NCBI RefSeq assembly: GCF_964355755.1 | Contig: NC_092679.1 | Coordinates: forward strand, 17,343,432-17,407,431 | Origin: Antedon mediterranea | Taxonomy: Eukaryota; Animalia; Echinodermata | Direction: 5' to 3' | DNA: 64,000 nucleotides | Shown: positions 15,901-29,064 of the stretch, piece after piece | Numbering within the stretch: position 1 is the stretch's first letter | Layout of the letters: each line of letters starts with the position of its first letter | Program-made: the position numbers and the translations under genes | The notes under the pieces: model-generated | What the model was told of the DNA's origin: nothing | What the model saw: the letters and a program-made list of their open reading frames with translations, nothing else | Database searches by the model: none

Positions 15901-18900
15901 GAAGACACTACACATTAAGGGCACAAGGCCGAATTGATCATGACTCACAAATTCTCCAATAAACACTGTATAATCTAATATACAGTGTTTGACAAAGTTT
16001 AAGCCTGGGCTTACAATATACTTCATCATCTCAGAGGTCTTGAAACAAACTTCAAACCTTTGCAAAATGCAGACCCGATGCTGCTGTTGGCCCTGAACTT
16101 GCTGAGTAAGTTCTAGCATAGCTTATATTATGTTTGATAAATAATCAAACATATGAACATAAATATACTGTAGTTAAAGTACAGTGTGAAACGTGCAATC
16201 AAAGCTCTCTCTCTACACTATCAAACTAACTGTAGTTTGATAAAAAAAAGGGTTTATGTGCTTAAATATATTGGAACATCACATTTTTTTTACATAAAGT
16301 TTGATAGTGTAGACAGAGCGTAATTGATAAGAAGAAAAAAACAACAAATAATCAGGATTAGTAAATATTAAGGCAACAAACATATAAAACCAAACTACAG
16401 TACTTATACAGTTTTAAACAAACAGTATTATAATAAATTTATTGTGGAATGAAGATAACTGTAGATATAGAAGTGTGAAGTGGTGATATTTGATGATAAT
16501 AAAGATGACATAAATGATATTGATGATATCATAAATGATAATGATATATCACGAAGTATTGATGACACATTTTGAAAGATCAATACTATAAAAATGATAT
16601 TAAAAATTTTAAAAACTTTTATTAATTAGTTTATTTTACAGGGAGCAATGTACAAAAATCTGCACTACAGTACAATTCCAACAGGAGATAGCAGTAAGAG
16701 AACCACACAGGTTTAACTGACCGTTAATGCAGTAAAGCCACATTCACACAGCTTATTTGAGATCATTGATACAACATTTGCAAATGTTAGCTTTAATATT
16801 GTAGTGTGAAAGGGTAGGAACACCAAAATGACTTTCTGTGAGACCTTATAAAATTCAAATAAATATTATTTAATTAACCATTCATGTCTTCAATTCTGTT
16901 TGTAAAGCATGTTTACCTCCATGTGTAAAGTAACAGATTTTCTGTAATTTGCGAATTTCGGCTTATTACACAGTGTGAAAGGGTCCAAACATCCAAACAC
17001 CTGATTCTATCAGATTTCCTGTGAGACCTCGACACATCTTTTTGGGATCTGCCTTCGTCCACTTTCTTTTATTATTGCCATTGTTGTTTTTGTTACTATT
17101 GGTCTCTTGCACGTTAATAAATGTTCTTTGAATTCAAATAAATATTACTCTAATTAATTATTCATGCCTTTAATTCTGTAAAGTAACAGATTTTGTGTCT
17201 TTCGCTGAAACACATAGCTTTCTAGGTTCAACAGTAACATTACAGCAATACTGCCTTTTGTTTGAAAGGCAATTTATTATTAATATTGCCGTAATTTCTA
17301 ATCTAGGTGAAAGGGACCTATGCCAACTGGGGTGCTAACCAATAGCAAGTATATAGACTTGCCATAAAATTCAATTCAAACTACATAAATTCAAAAAAGA
17401 TAGTCTTACAGTTACAGTAAAACATAAGTTAGTCACTATACAGAAAACTATCACAGTGATCTAACAGTATACAATAACTTTATTAAATCTCAAACAAATG
17501 AGTTAAAGAGGTTGATTTGTTAATTTCCTGTAAAGGGACTTTTCTTGTAGATTTTTTTTGTAAAAGACACTTTTGTCAGGGTCAAACCAGCTCAAATCAT
17601 ACTACCATTTCCTCTCCTCTAATTTCCTCTATCAGTACTTTCTTCACACAGAGTCATGCGTAAAAGATTATTTACGTAACATTATGTACAGTACTGTATT
17701 TATACTACGATCATTTGGGTTTGTCACAAAATATTACAAGAATTAATGACTGAATTTTATAACAAATTGTTTTCATGTTTTGGAGGGTTTTTTTTTCAGA
17801 GTTTTTTTACTGATCTTGGTACAGTATTTATCTCAAATTTAGCTTAAATTTGAAGTGATATGAAGAACAAAATCAGTTTTCATTGCTGGTTTAGAAAACA
17901 GTGTTTAAAGAAAATTGATGACATAGTAACTAATTATTAATGTACACAGTATGTACTGTATAGAACAAAATCAGTTTTCACTGACTGTTTTAGAACACAG
18001 TATTTAAAGAAAATTGACCACAATTATTATTATTGTATAGTACACAGTACAGACTGTATGTATTTACAACAAAATCAGTTTTCATAGCTGTTTTAGAAGA
18101 AAGTGTTTAAAGAAAAATGACCACATAGTAACTAATTATTAATGTACAAACACAGTACAGTACTGTATGTATATACAACAAAATCAGTTTTCATAGCTGT
18201 TTTAGAAGAAAGTGTTTAAAGAAAATTGACCACATAGAAACTAATTATTAATGTACAAACACAGTACAATACTGTATGTAGAACAAAATCAGTTTTAATT
18301 GCTTGTGTTAACTTACAGTAGACTAGTATCGGTATATAAGAAAAATGACCAGAACTATTAATGTACATTATTATTTAATTGCCGTGGTTGTACTCTAATG
18401 TAAAAAAATCAGTTTACTGATGTTTAAAGATGACAATATTGAAATTTGACCACTAAGAAAAGAATAAACAATAAACTAATTAATAATGTATTGTATTGTT
18501 TTTTTATTTTTGTTTATGGTAAATTGGTAGAATTTGTTAAAGGCAAGAATTACTTTATAAAAAAAGATGAATAATATTGAACCACAAACGCAATTACAAC
18601 ACTCTCCGTAGTAAAACTGGTTTCTAGTCAATTGCATCATGTGTTGGTAAAATAGAATAACTAATGAGTTCTTATAAATTGTATAAACTATGCAGTGCTA
18701 TATAATTTCATTTTTCCCCTGTAAATATTTACTCAGTATTGCATTATGAAAATTGCATTTAACCTAAAGTGGTGTTTTTAGTGGAAGAAAGTGGCTGGCA
18801 GGCTTGAATTTAAAATACTTTTTCTCCTCCAAGAAAGACTAGAAAAGTATACAAATGGTATAATCCACGAACTATCACCCCCAACCATTATCATTGGTTA

Positions 18901-20645
18901 TCCGCCCGCAACAAAACGTATCTTACGCATTCAAGTACTTTTCAGTTATAACTTTTCCAAAAAGTAGCTCATTAAAAATTAAAACTGCCCTTTCAGTGTA
19001 ATAACCAAATAAATCATTTTATGTAATTAGTTTCACTTTGTTTTCGAGAATAAAAAAAGTAAACATTGGTGTACTGTAGGTTTTCCCCAAATCCCCCCAA
19101 AAATTATTTATACTCAATACCATTATTTGTGAAATACTGTACCAAAGTAGGTACCTTAAGAAGAAAACAATATTTTCAATGTTATTGTATCAATAATATT
19201 AATGTTACTGTCTCAATAATTTTAATGTTACTTTATTAAAATCTAATTGTGTCTAAGCACACTACCCTTATAGGGTACTATAAATTGGTGGTTGGAAAGG
19301 ATTTGATAGGGTTGGAACATTACCTGTAGTAGAGAAGTTATATTTTGATATTTTACTGAATTTAATTTCCAACTGGTACGTACTGTACAGTATGACCTAG
19401 GTCTTGTTTCAAACACCAGTATGTTTTGGTACTAGCAGAAACAGCCCATGAACGTGACAGAGTTCAAAATCCATTGAACACCATGTAAATCAATCAATCT
19501 GCACTAACTACAATACCAATATCATTTTTTAAAGATACACTCAATTATTATAAATACACTGGTCATATTTTATTTTTTGACATATCCAAACTTAATCAGT
19601 GTTACAGTATGATGGGTAAAAGGTTAAATGTAGCATAAAGCAATGAGTGTTACGAGTATTAAATCATGTTAAGCATGGCATATTAATTAAGCGCATTGCT
19701 TAATATACCATCGGTAATTGTGCCACAATTGAAACAATAAATGCGATATTGTGTAATCAAGCATGTCATTTTGTAGGCTTATTATGTGTTCTTTGAACCG
19801 TAAAGACATGACACGCAATCTAGGTTAAGTTTCAATCGCTTCAAACTTTAGGCTTCTCAATTAGCCCAGGTTGCTATACAAAACTAGCATAAATTAAGAG
19901 TGTTAATTTAAGCTATGTTCGCACTAGAAAAAAACTACATAATAAAATGTAAGAAAATATTCTTCCATCAATTTCGCATCCCCTCAGTCTTTTACAAGAA
20001 GTTGTATCATCACTACTGTGCGACATAAGCAAACTAGGGCATCGAGCATCAGGCATCGTCGTTTCCTAATTAATTGTGAAACGGGGAGTTATGTTCTTAT
20101 GGCACCTTGCATTGATACGGAGCCAAACTTTAGGGCCATTTAACACTGAACAGGCTATATAAAAATAAACTGAAAATAAATGTTATCGTTACCAAGTATT
20201 AAAATGAATGTTACGCCTTATCTTATCTCTAAATTATGTACTGTATGTATGATAATATTATATATTTAGCCTAGAGCTTAGGTTAAATACAGGCCTTTAA
20301 TTAAAGTCTAAGTACAGACTTAGCCTAGGGCTAACCTACCACCACTACTCTAGCCTAGCCAGATTCCTCAGGCGATAATAACAAACATCCACGTACACGG
20401 CTCGCTCTCCTCTCATCAACAATAGGCCTAGAAGAATATAGGTTTTAAACTACAAGCATATAAATGACTAGGTTTATTTTGTTTCGTACCTTTCGCCTTA
20501 CTAGCTGGCTTGCTACATCTTTCAACACAGATATGCTCAATTCGACACCCTCAACTTTATTGTATGTTTCCCGTACCAGGCCGATTTGCAGCGAGAAAGA
20601 AAATTCTCGGTATGATGAATTATTTTCCTCAGTAGTAGACGACAT
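3920..20645 (-). CDS. PRKD: Protein kinase D (PRKD1/2/3 family), 5' part only; PH and kinase exons lie beyond the left edge
   Basis: Phase-compatible GT-AG exons: 20645-20490 (MSSTTEE...[10 protein letters not shown]...LVRRK), 13280-13142 ([19 protein letters not shown]...VEAVLS; ULD region), 11288-11157 ([34 protein letters not shown]), 9924-9761 ([18 protein letters not shown]; completes C1a), 9108-8904 ([22 protein letters not shown]...GMQCK), 6123-6046 ([10 protein letters not shown]; completes C1b), and a less certain 3991-3920. A ULD followed by twin C1 domains with these motifs is diagnostic of PKD. Confidence 0.95.
5030..5330. repeat. Direct duplication, ~170 bp period
   Basis: 'ggtgccatactttttatt...tcaaatggt' occurs twice, at ~5033 and ~5204. 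Confidence 0.9.
6310..6484. mobile_element. Small MITE, possibly PIF/Harbinger-type
   Basis: Imperfect TIRs gggtctttcaca...tgtgaaagacac with inner gttccgg/ccggaac; TAA/TTA flanks. Confidence 0.55.
7050..7264. mobile_element. MITE family A copy (TIR AGCTCTGTCTACACTATCAAAC)
   Basis: Both TIRs present with TTA flanks, consistent with a PIF/Harbinger (Tourist-like) TWA target site. A partial copy lies at ~4715-4840. Confidence 0.85.
8390..8620 (+). mobile_element. Decayed copy of the element at 28290-28650
   Basis: Colinear similarity (aagatgaggg.tatcaatttgat...ctatccaatcg...ccatgaaagc...catatcaagcag...gttcga...tttttctcatt); the tRNA part has deletions. Confidence 0.85.
9260..9424. mobile_element. 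MITE family A copy
   Basis: agccctgtctacactatcaaact...agtttgatagtgtagacagagc, with the internal 'catatatggacatgatgatgtcatatca' shared with other copies. Confidence 0.88.
10270..10385 (-). mobile_element. Probable SINE fragment
   Basis: 'cccctactcttttcaaatagtgta' is complementary to the 'gagtagggg' SINE core motif also seen at ~21880; GC-richer than the surrounding intron. Confidence 0.45.
12343..13072. mobile_element. Non-autonomous Tc1/mariner-pogo-type DNA transposon (~730 bp)
   Basis: Perfect 25-bp TIR CCGTATTGTTCCTAATAAACGCCCC, TA on both sides, no transposase ORF. A related single end is at ~41387. Confidence 0.9.
16203..16320. mobile_element. MITE family A copy
   Basis: agctctc..tctacactatcaaact...agtttgatagtgtagacagagc. 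Confidence 0.85.
17860..18490. repeat. Degenerate minisatellite, about 5-6 units of ~100-115 bp
   Basis: Recurring 'aacaaaatcagttttcat...tttaaagaaaattgaccaca...aattattaatgtac'. Confidence 0.85.
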
Positions 20646-21680
20646 TTTCAACAATTATAATTCCAAAAGTGTATTTCTTGAGCATCACATTAAATTGACA
20701 CAACAGGCAATTTTAACGGGGAACCATAATATACAGTCAATATTTCCAGAAAATCAACAATGTATACCGTTTGTTTGATCATGATTTGATCAATCTAGGC
20801 CAGTCGGATTATTCATTCTCTGGTCGATGATGATGATGTTGTGTTTCGGCGAATGGGCTAAATCTTTTTCTAAAGGAAAGATAATGGTGGAACATCACGT
20901 GACTGGATAGCATGGGAAAATGCCGTTCAATACATCATTTTTCTCGCTTAAATAACAATAATCTACAATTTAGTGTAATCTAAAGATTTTAAACAATATT
21001 TAATATCATATTTCTAAATCAATTTACGTTTATATTGTATAAAACATGCATCATTTGTTTTATAAAAATACCGAGTTTTCATTGCGATCCCTGAACTTAA
21101 GTGACCTTCAGTTCAAGTCTAGTCTTAATTAAGCGAATAAGTATGACTTAACGCAAGAGGGCGCTCTTGTACTTTTTTAATTTATCTGGCGGTAATTTTC
21201 ACATTTCCACTGACATAAAATTAAAACCGATTAATTTCGACATTTTCAAACATAAAGGCCTATTTAAATATTAAAAAGAAACATACAGTATCAGACATTA
21301 AACATAATTGAGTTTCCAAAACATAAAAAAAACATTTAAATGAAGAAAAAAACATAACAATAAAATTAATTATTTTCTTTTTTTAATTGAATAATGCAAA
21401 ATCATTATTTTGGGGAAAAATGTTTAGGTTTCTTATACATTTGTATTAACTTATGTTTGTTTAAATTCAGATTAACAATATGGATTTAAAACGAAAAAAA
21501 AACCATCAATAAACTACAATTTACATACATACTACTAATAATGTCCTCAGCTCCCCTGCATAAAGTAGTAGAACTCTTAATTGCAAAAGGTTTGTGCTTG
21601 GGCACTAAATTAGAGAACTTGTGCCTCAATTTAGTTTTTTTTTTACCATACGCAACTGATTTTCAAACTAAGCACATACT

Positions 21681-22005
21681 GGTGGGTGAGTGGCCGAGCG
21701 GTTAAGACAGTGGAACCGTAATAATCACGTAGCCATAACATCGGCAGGGGTTCGAGGCTCACTCACTCCATGGTTCTGGTGGTAGAACGAGTCTTCTCGG
21801 ATAAGGACTATAAACCGTAGGTCCAGTGTACACAACTTGCTCGTGTGCACTTTAAAGAACCTAGTACATCTTTCGAGACGAGTAGGGGGTTACCCCGGTG
21901 TATTAGTACATCACAGCCACTGATCATCAACTGGGCCCTCTGGGAGATCAGTCTTTGACTGAAGAGATCACCCAGTATAAAGATAAAACAAACAAACAAA
22001 AAAAA
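21681..22005 (+). mobile_element. Full-length tRNA-derived SINE
   Basis: A box (tggccgagcgg), B box (ggttcgaggc), body containing 'aaagaacc...gagtagggg', (AAAC)n/A tail, and a flanking direct repeat 'atact'. Confidence 0.9.
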
Positions 22006-22268
22006 TACTCTTCAAATCAGAATTATATTGGTCACCTGCTATATCGATGGTAAATTTGCAATTCAACTAGACCTGTAATACATCCTTGTGTTCTCTACAA
22101 CAAGTTAGTAAATCCAAAGTCTAGACATCCATGAATTATCCATACTGTATGGGGTGCAAAACACTCTTTGATAAACATTGATATGGCACTAGAAATTATT
22201 TGTATTTCAATGTCTCTGAAAACATGGCATCTAGAGGCCTATACTATAATAATGCCAAATGTGTAGTG

Positions 22269-22970
22269 TCATTGTTGCTGTGTGTTTCTTTTATTGTAGT
22301 CCATTATGCACTTTCTGAATTCTGTTACTTGATCTTGACATTTCCGCCAGTCTCTGTTGTCTGCCATACATTCCTAAACAAGATCAGAAAGAAGTTATGA
22401 TTAAGCCTAAAACTATCCTAGTACTAATAACCATGCATCAATGATCCAGGTCTCATTTTAAAACAATTTTTAACCAAAATATTTATTAGGCCTAGGGCCT
22501 AGGTTTAAGATCATATTATATTATTTATTAATAATATAATATTTTTGAAAATAGCAATCAAATATTAATATTATATAATGACAATAATAATAATAGTTAA
22601 ACAACAAAATCAAACGAAAAGTGTAAGCCTAGGCCTATGATGTTGCTAATGTTTACGACCTATTTTAGCCTAGGCCCCCTGGTACCAAGGCATCAACTCA
22701 CACTCTACCACGAATTAACCACTCTGGGCAGCCTACACCAGCACGCGGCGGTGGTACGGACGGATGGTAGGCTGGCATACTAAACTTGGCTTAATTGTTC
22801 GTTTTGATGCATACACGATAATTCGTAATTATTTATACCTGCACTTTATAATGAAGATTGAGACATCCTGTCTTTTTTATCATCGTATCAACAGGGTCAT
22901 CCTCTTCATCATCTTCAGTATTGTTATTGTTAACACGACGACTCCAATCGTGTCCCCTGTGCGTCGCCAT
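22269..22970 (-). CDS. COA4: Cytochrome c oxidase assembly factor 4 (COA4/CHCHD8), 78 aa
   Basis: Exons 22970-22839 (MATHRGHDWSRRVNNNNTEDDEEDDPVDTMIKKTGCLNLHYKVQ) and 22373-22269 (ECMADNRDWRKCQDQVTEFRKCIMDYNKRNTQQQ*), with a phase-0 GT-AG intron. Twin CX9C motif plus the DP-D-I-GC and DWR-C signatures of COA4. Confidence 0.93.
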
Positions 22971-23880
22971 GTTCTTGTTATCAGGTGACTGTTAAAGACC
23001 AATCAGCAATCAGAAAAGTTAATTGGCACGTCAAATGTTGTTTCCTTTTTACTATTACAAGGAAACTTGTAGTTATGTTCAGAACTGCATTACCCTGTAT
23101 TCTAAAGTTTATTTTGATGTTTAAACCCATCCTTATACTATCAATCATTTCTTCCAAAAAATTTGAATATTTATAGGCTACAAATATAGATTTTATTTTG
23201 TATATCAATTCAAGGCTATAAAAAACGTTATAAGCTTGAGAGTAACTGTGTCAAATATCAACCCATGTGTGGTAACAATCCTAAAAACGCGCCAAATGTT
23301 ACTATAGGTTTCGTCTGTGTCAAAACTGTTTGTGTTGTAGGCCTACCTATTGCCTTTGAGGTCGATTCATCGTTTGTAAATTTGTAAGTAACTAGAATTC
23401 ATTTTGAATTTCACATAATTTAGGCCACGTGTTTGAGATTAGGTACAAGGAACAATCATTGAGTATTGTCGAGTATTAGTTTAACTTTGGCCTTTTATAG
23501 ACCAAGCCAGTGTCTGTCTGATATTTTATCACTCGTGTCGTGTGGCACAGGTGGTTTGCGATTCGATATGTTGGCAAGCTTGGTTTAGTGTCAATAGAAA
23601 ACTACAGTATTTAGTTAAACCTCGGATAAAACCCAATAATGAAATAGGTGTTGTACACAAAGCATAATAATGAAAATGCATGCCAATTTAGTGCTGTGCC
23701 GATCTCTTTTGTCCGTGAGTCTTTAATATTCTTTCCAATAAGAGACCTTATGTAGGCTATAATTGTATAATTCACACATAAATAATACGTCAGCAAATCA
23801 ACAATGAGTGAGCTCACGGTTTTATTAGAAAACTCAGTTTTCAGAATTAAGAACCATGAAATAATAGTTTGATAAACAGT

Positions 23881-23902
23881 GGAATTTCCCGGGGAATTTC
23901 CC
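23881..23902. promoter_or_regulatory. Tandem pair of NF-kB/Rel-type sites upstream of kinase paralog 1
   Basis: GGAATTTCCC immediately followed by GGGGAATTTCCC; both match the kB consensus. A further GGAAATTCC lies at 24029-24037. Confidence 0.65.
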
Positions 23903-24566
23903 ATAATAAACACTTGAGTTTTCAGGTTAACGGTATTGGATTTTATTTTTGCAATAAGTAGACCAAATACCGAACAAAAGAACCATTCCTTGGGGCTATA
24001 TAATAATTGCTCAAATGTCTACAAAACTGGAAATTCCAAAACCAGGTACGTCCAGGGGCGTGCCTGACCATGTTCCCAGAGCTTTAACTTACAACATGGA
24101 AGAAATACAGTAAATAAACACAAATTATACTATTTATATGACAGTATAGTATAAATTAGGAGAGGTCACAAAACAATTGACACCGACAAACTGGACGCCG
24201 AGATCAACTATTAAACAGTTTTTATGACGACAACTTAATTTACCTCCCAACAATCTGTACGGTAGGTGTTTTTGATTTTCAAAACGGTATTTTTAATAAC
24301 ACCGTTATTATAACTATTTTCTGATAATTATTTATAATTGCGATGCATAAAACAGAAAAATGTATTTGGAAATGGATGGCCTATACACAACTAGAATAAA
24401 CAATCTTTACTCATTGATGTGAACATGGTTGATAATAATAAATCTTCCCTGGTTACAGGCGCGGCCTAATATTCATAGAAAATAACAATCAATAATACTC
24501 AATCAATTACAATACAAAGCAAGGAACAATACACTTCCTGCTCATTGTCAAAATTCATTCAAATCT

Positions 24567-24591
24567 GGAAATTCCCAACACCAGTATAAAA
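24567..24591 (+). promoter_or_regulatory. Core promoter of kinase paralog 1: kB site + TATA box
   Basis: GGAAATTCCC at 24567-24576 (reverse complement GGGAATTTCC), 8 nt spacer, TATAAAA at 24585-24591, then a non-coding exon ending in a gtaagt donor. The same layout occurs in paralog 2. Confidence 0.75.
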
Positions 24592-25482
24592 GAGGGGTTT
24601 CAATGAGGAGTGGTACATTTTGCCGTTGTCGAGGAATAGTGACATCTCTGGCTGCATTTTATCCCTTCAGTTATTGTATATTTTTTTGTTTGTAAGCAGG
24701 TAAGTAATATTCATTATTACAGTATATCCCATAAAGGTTAATCCGCCGCGCAATGAAAAGCTCAACAGTCGCCCCGACGATTTTTTTGGCTTTGCCCGTT
24801 TATTTTTAAAGAGTGTGTCCACCTGAAAATATAATTTTTAAAAACATTGTTATACGGCCTAAGCTATCAACCATCGCTTTATTTGAACGATAATTGGATG
24901 AAAAACTAGTATTTTCCTGAAAACCATAATTTATTTTTATTTATTCATGGTTTATGCGTATTCATCCATTAAATGCATTTCTCCGCGAAAATAATTAACC
25001 AATCAGAGTTGTTCAGCAGGTAAATGATTCACGCGGGTATATAGATTCGCTTATCACTAGGAAAACATGAAGTTATAAATAATATTGATGATCATTGTGT
25101 AACTGTTTTCTGTGAAACATTGGATTATGCCTCTGTTTTCAGTTGAAAGGTGGTACAGTAGTACAATAGTAATTTCACACATAAATGACAGTACATGTGA
25201 TTATTTATTTGGAACTCTGTAGTACTAGGAAATAAGCCATCATTATCTCCGTAGATCTATAATTCACATGGACCTAGAGCCACGATACATGGCTCTGCTC
25301 CAGTATATAGCTATATAATACAATAAATAAAAGCCTTTCTTTTCTTATATTCGCAAAACTGTAGTTAAATTATGCAAATATCTTTTTAAATTTTTCACAT
25401 TTATTTTACTGACATCGTGTAAATACATCATCTGATCTTGCAGATTACTTATTTACCTGAGTGGTAGCATCAACAGTTTAAA

Positions 25483-27834
25483 ATGCCCCGTGGAACAACA
25501 TACGCAAATAATGCCTCTAACAGAAGTCTTGGTAGGGCTGGTATGGCCATGGGTAGTGCGCCAGTATCGAGATCTAGTGGAGGAAGCTCAAGTGGTGGAT
25601 ATGGCAGTTCCGGCAGTTCTGGGTCTTCATCTAAAACCTATGTTGATAACTCTTACAACCGTAGCCTCGGTAGAGTTGGCATGGATCATGGATCGATGGT
25701 AGCCTCTCGCAGTTCATCCAGCAGCAGTTCTACACCCAAAACCTATGTTGATAACGCATCCAACCGTAATCTCGGTAGAGTTGGTATGGAACATGGAACC
25801 ATGTCAGTCTCCAGCAGTTCCACAAGCAGCACACCTACACCTAAAACCTATGTTGATAATGCGTACAACCGTAGCCTCGGTAGAGTTGGCTTGAAGCATG
25901 GGACCATGTCAGTTTCCCGTAGTTCAGCAAGCAGCGATTCTAAGCCGGGTACCTACGTTGACAATCCATTCAACCGTAGCCAGGGTAGAGTTGGCATGGA
26001 TTATGGAACCAAGGTAGTTTCTTCGAAGAGCTCAAGCTCCAGTAAAGATCAGCTGAAAAATCCTGAAGTTAAGCTATATAAAGATAACGCTGCCAATAGA
26101 AGACTTGGTAGAGCCGGAAAACCTCTTGGAAGTATGCCTGTGAGTTCGAAGAAAACCAAATCAACTGATTACCTGCAGAAGGCTCACGAACACATGATGA
26201 ATAATCCGGTATGGTTTTTTTTAATGTTACCGATATTATCCTCACAACCTTACACAAGCCATCTCTACCATCATCAACGTATAACAATATAATTAATATA
26301 AAATGTTTTCATCTGATAGTAATATTAATAAAAACATATCATTAGAAATGAAACACACAGAATGAAGTATAAAACTCTAATTGGACAACATGCCTGAATT
26401 TTAAATTTTCCCTGATGAGCAGGATAAACAAAGCAATGAATCAATTAGTTATATTATAATTAGTGCACTATCATTGAGTCTACTTTACAAATGTGACCAT
26501 TTATGTAGAAACTTTGAGTCGTCGTTAAACCATGAAGAACTTTTTTAAAGAGGGGGAGGGGAGAACTTTTAAACCGACCATGGTAAAGAAATAAGGTGAA
26601 AATAGGGGAAGAGGAGGAGTTTGAGAGAGAGAGAGAAAGAGTGAATACACATCATCGCCCCAATCCTAGTCTATCGACTATGCCCCAATCGATACTCAAT
26701 CTTCATGATCATGGCTGAGGCTTTCATAATCATCGCCACACCTCTATTATAACCAATATTCACTTATGCAGGGAGTTGTTATTAAACAACTCCCTGACTT
26801 ATGTTATAGGCTACACACACATTTATACTATTTGCTATTCTTATTTACAGTATGAAGAGTTTGAAGCGCCGTTTGAAGCAGACGGAAATTTGGAGTCTCA
26901 TTTTATTGAACAGCTTAATCGTATGGAGTTATCAAGAAGTCGTACATCCACAAGAAAACCATTCGAATGGTACGAGGGTTCGATTATTAAGTTCGGTGAC
27001 CTCACTCTTGGTAAGAAAATAGGTCATGGTGGCTTTGGCGACGTTCATCACGGCCATATGAAAGGAAAGGAAGTTGCTATTAAGAAGTTACGTGTGCAGC
27101 GTGTGAGTCAAAAAAGGTTGACTCAGTTTGAAGACGAAGTTCGAATCTTCTGCAAACTCAAACACAAGAACATCATTACCTTCTATGGTGCCTGTATCGA
27201 GACACCTAACCTCTGCATCGTGATGGAGCTTATGAATGGAAGTCTGTATGACGAACTACATGTCAAAGATTACCAGTTCAGTGATACTGAGAAGACATTT
27301 ATTGCAATGGAAGTAGCCGATGGTCTGAAGTATCTCCATTCTAAGAATGTTGCTCACTGTGACATAAAACCAACGAATGTACTAATCAACATTGCTACTG
27401 AGGGTGCAGACAAGCACGAAGTAAAGATCACAGATTTTGGCTTGAGCAAGATCAAGAACTACTCCGAAACTTCGCATTCAAAGGCAGTGGGTGACGACAT
27501 GGTACGTGAACTTGGTACTCCGCGTTATTCAGCACCAGAGGTTCTTCGTGGTGAATTCCTTGACACCAATGGAATGATGATGACAGATGTTTACTCATTT
27601 GGTTTGGTAATATTTGAAATATTTAGTGGAGATGAGGTTTTTGACGATTACAACGCACACCAGCTGAGGAAGAATGTTGGAAATGGTGACCACAAGCCGT
27701 CATTACATAATTTGCTGTTGTCAGGTAAGCTGCAAGACTTGATGAGAAAATGTTGGGAAAGAACTCCAACCACACGTCCTACTGCTGGTGAATGCTTTGA
27801 TTCCTTAAAGAAGATTTACCAAACGAATGTTTAG
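25483..27834 (+). CDS. Repeat-kinase paralog 1: six YxDNxxNR repeats + TKL-type Ser/Thr kinase, ~569 aa
   Basis: Coding exons 25483-26208 and 26851-27834 with a phase-0 intron (CCG|gtatgg...ttacag|TAT). Kinase motifs GHGGFG, VAIK, alphaC Glu (FEDEV), HCDIKPTN, DFG, GTPRYSAPE, DVYSFG, CW...RP are all intact. A non-coding first exon ends at 24699 (cag|gtaagt); acceptor at 25443. Confidence 0.93.
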
Positions 27835-28289
27835 TAGTTGCATCGGCGGAACGTCCTAATAAAGAAGGATGAGAACACCAATTTATTTTCTAAATAGGCA
27901 AATTTTGGTGATGGTTTTTTTATATCGATATACATGCGATAGCTAAATGTCGACACGCCTCTCTCAAGTTCAGTGAAAACAAATAACAAAACAAGAATAT
28001 CACGTATGAATGTTGAATCATGACCTCTCGCCATGCTAGCGGAGGTAATTAAAAATGAAATATATTTCACAAATTGCGGAACGGTTTAATTCTGTTTAAT
28101 TGACATAAACTATTTCTTTCATTCAATAGACTATACCTACCAACACGCGTATAATTTTAATAATGTAATATTTTTTATAGAAGAGGCTGCGCCAACCTTT
28201 CATTTGGTTATTTGTATTGATTATAAAATAGATATACACTGTGATATCTTAATATATGATTTAATACTATATAATATATATTATATATA

Positions 28290-28650
28290 TATCTATCTTC
28301 GGAGATCCCGCCTCGTGAATAAAAATACTGTAAGATGAGGGCGTATCAATTTGATCTCTGGTGCGCGTGCGTACAACTGAGGACTAGTGCTGTTCCGCCG
28401 TACCACGCCGAGAATGTTAAAGAGTCGCTATCCAATCGAGTTCGAACAATACCATGAAAGCCCCAGTGGTCTAATGGTTAGGACATCTGCATATCAAGCA
28501 GGCGGTCCGAGTTCGAGTCTCGGTTGGGGCGACTTTTTCTCATTCTCACAGATTTCCTCATCTTTATCGTTTCAAAATAATTAATTAAATTTCAGTATAT
28601 CACCGGGCGGTTTAGAATTAATGTTCTTTGCCTGATTTGTTTATATAATA
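28290..28650 (+). mobile_element. Inverted-repeat-bounded interspersed element carrying a tRNA-like cassette, inserted in (TA)n
   Basis: Absent from the paralogous 3' flank of kinase 2 (~35070-35095); flanked by TA runs. Inverted repeats aagatgagg/cctcatctt and ccgcctcgtga..atactg/cagtatatcaccgggcgg. A second, decayed copy is at ~8390-8620. Confidence 0.8.
28460..28531 (+). tRNA. tRNA-like cloverleaf, nominal anticodon ATC (Asp); probably repeat-borne rather than a housekeeping tRNA
   Basis: Acceptor GCCCCAG/TTGGGGC, D arm GTCT..GGAC, anticodon arm TCTGC-ATATCAA-GCAGG, T arm CCGAG-TTCGAGT-CTCGG, followed by TTTTT. Confidence 0.55.
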
Positions 28651-29064
28651 TATATTATATATATATATATTACATTTTTATTATGTTGTAGTTATAATCG
28701 ACATTCGGTTTTAAGTTTTATAATTACATTGTATAATGTATGTGTTGTGTCCGGGCATTATATAAGGACCTTTTCTCATTTTTATGTTTCTTTGTGTATA
28801 TGAAATTCAAATAGAGTAGATAGAATTGTAACTTTTTAACGTTTATTTTATATCTGTAAACAACATTGGTTTCTGCCATTTTATACTAGGCCTATCTTGT
28901 ACACATTACTATTTTTCGTTTTTAGACTGAGATTCCGGTGGCAGGTTTTGAGTTCGTAAAATAATAATATAATATTTTAGTTAGTTTATATTCGTTATTG
29001 TTACGGAGTGTATCTAAATGCAAGTAGGATAGAGAATATAATGCCTAAGTTTCAATGTTGCTTA

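Noticed and set aside
13470-16119. Short ORFs in PKD intron 1 (13470-13784, 15898-16119 and others)
   Set aside because: No recognisable motifs or phase-consistent splice structure; expected by chance.
21681-21770. Functional tRNA gene
   Set aside because: Continues into a SINE body with a tail and target duplication; the cloverleaf is poor.
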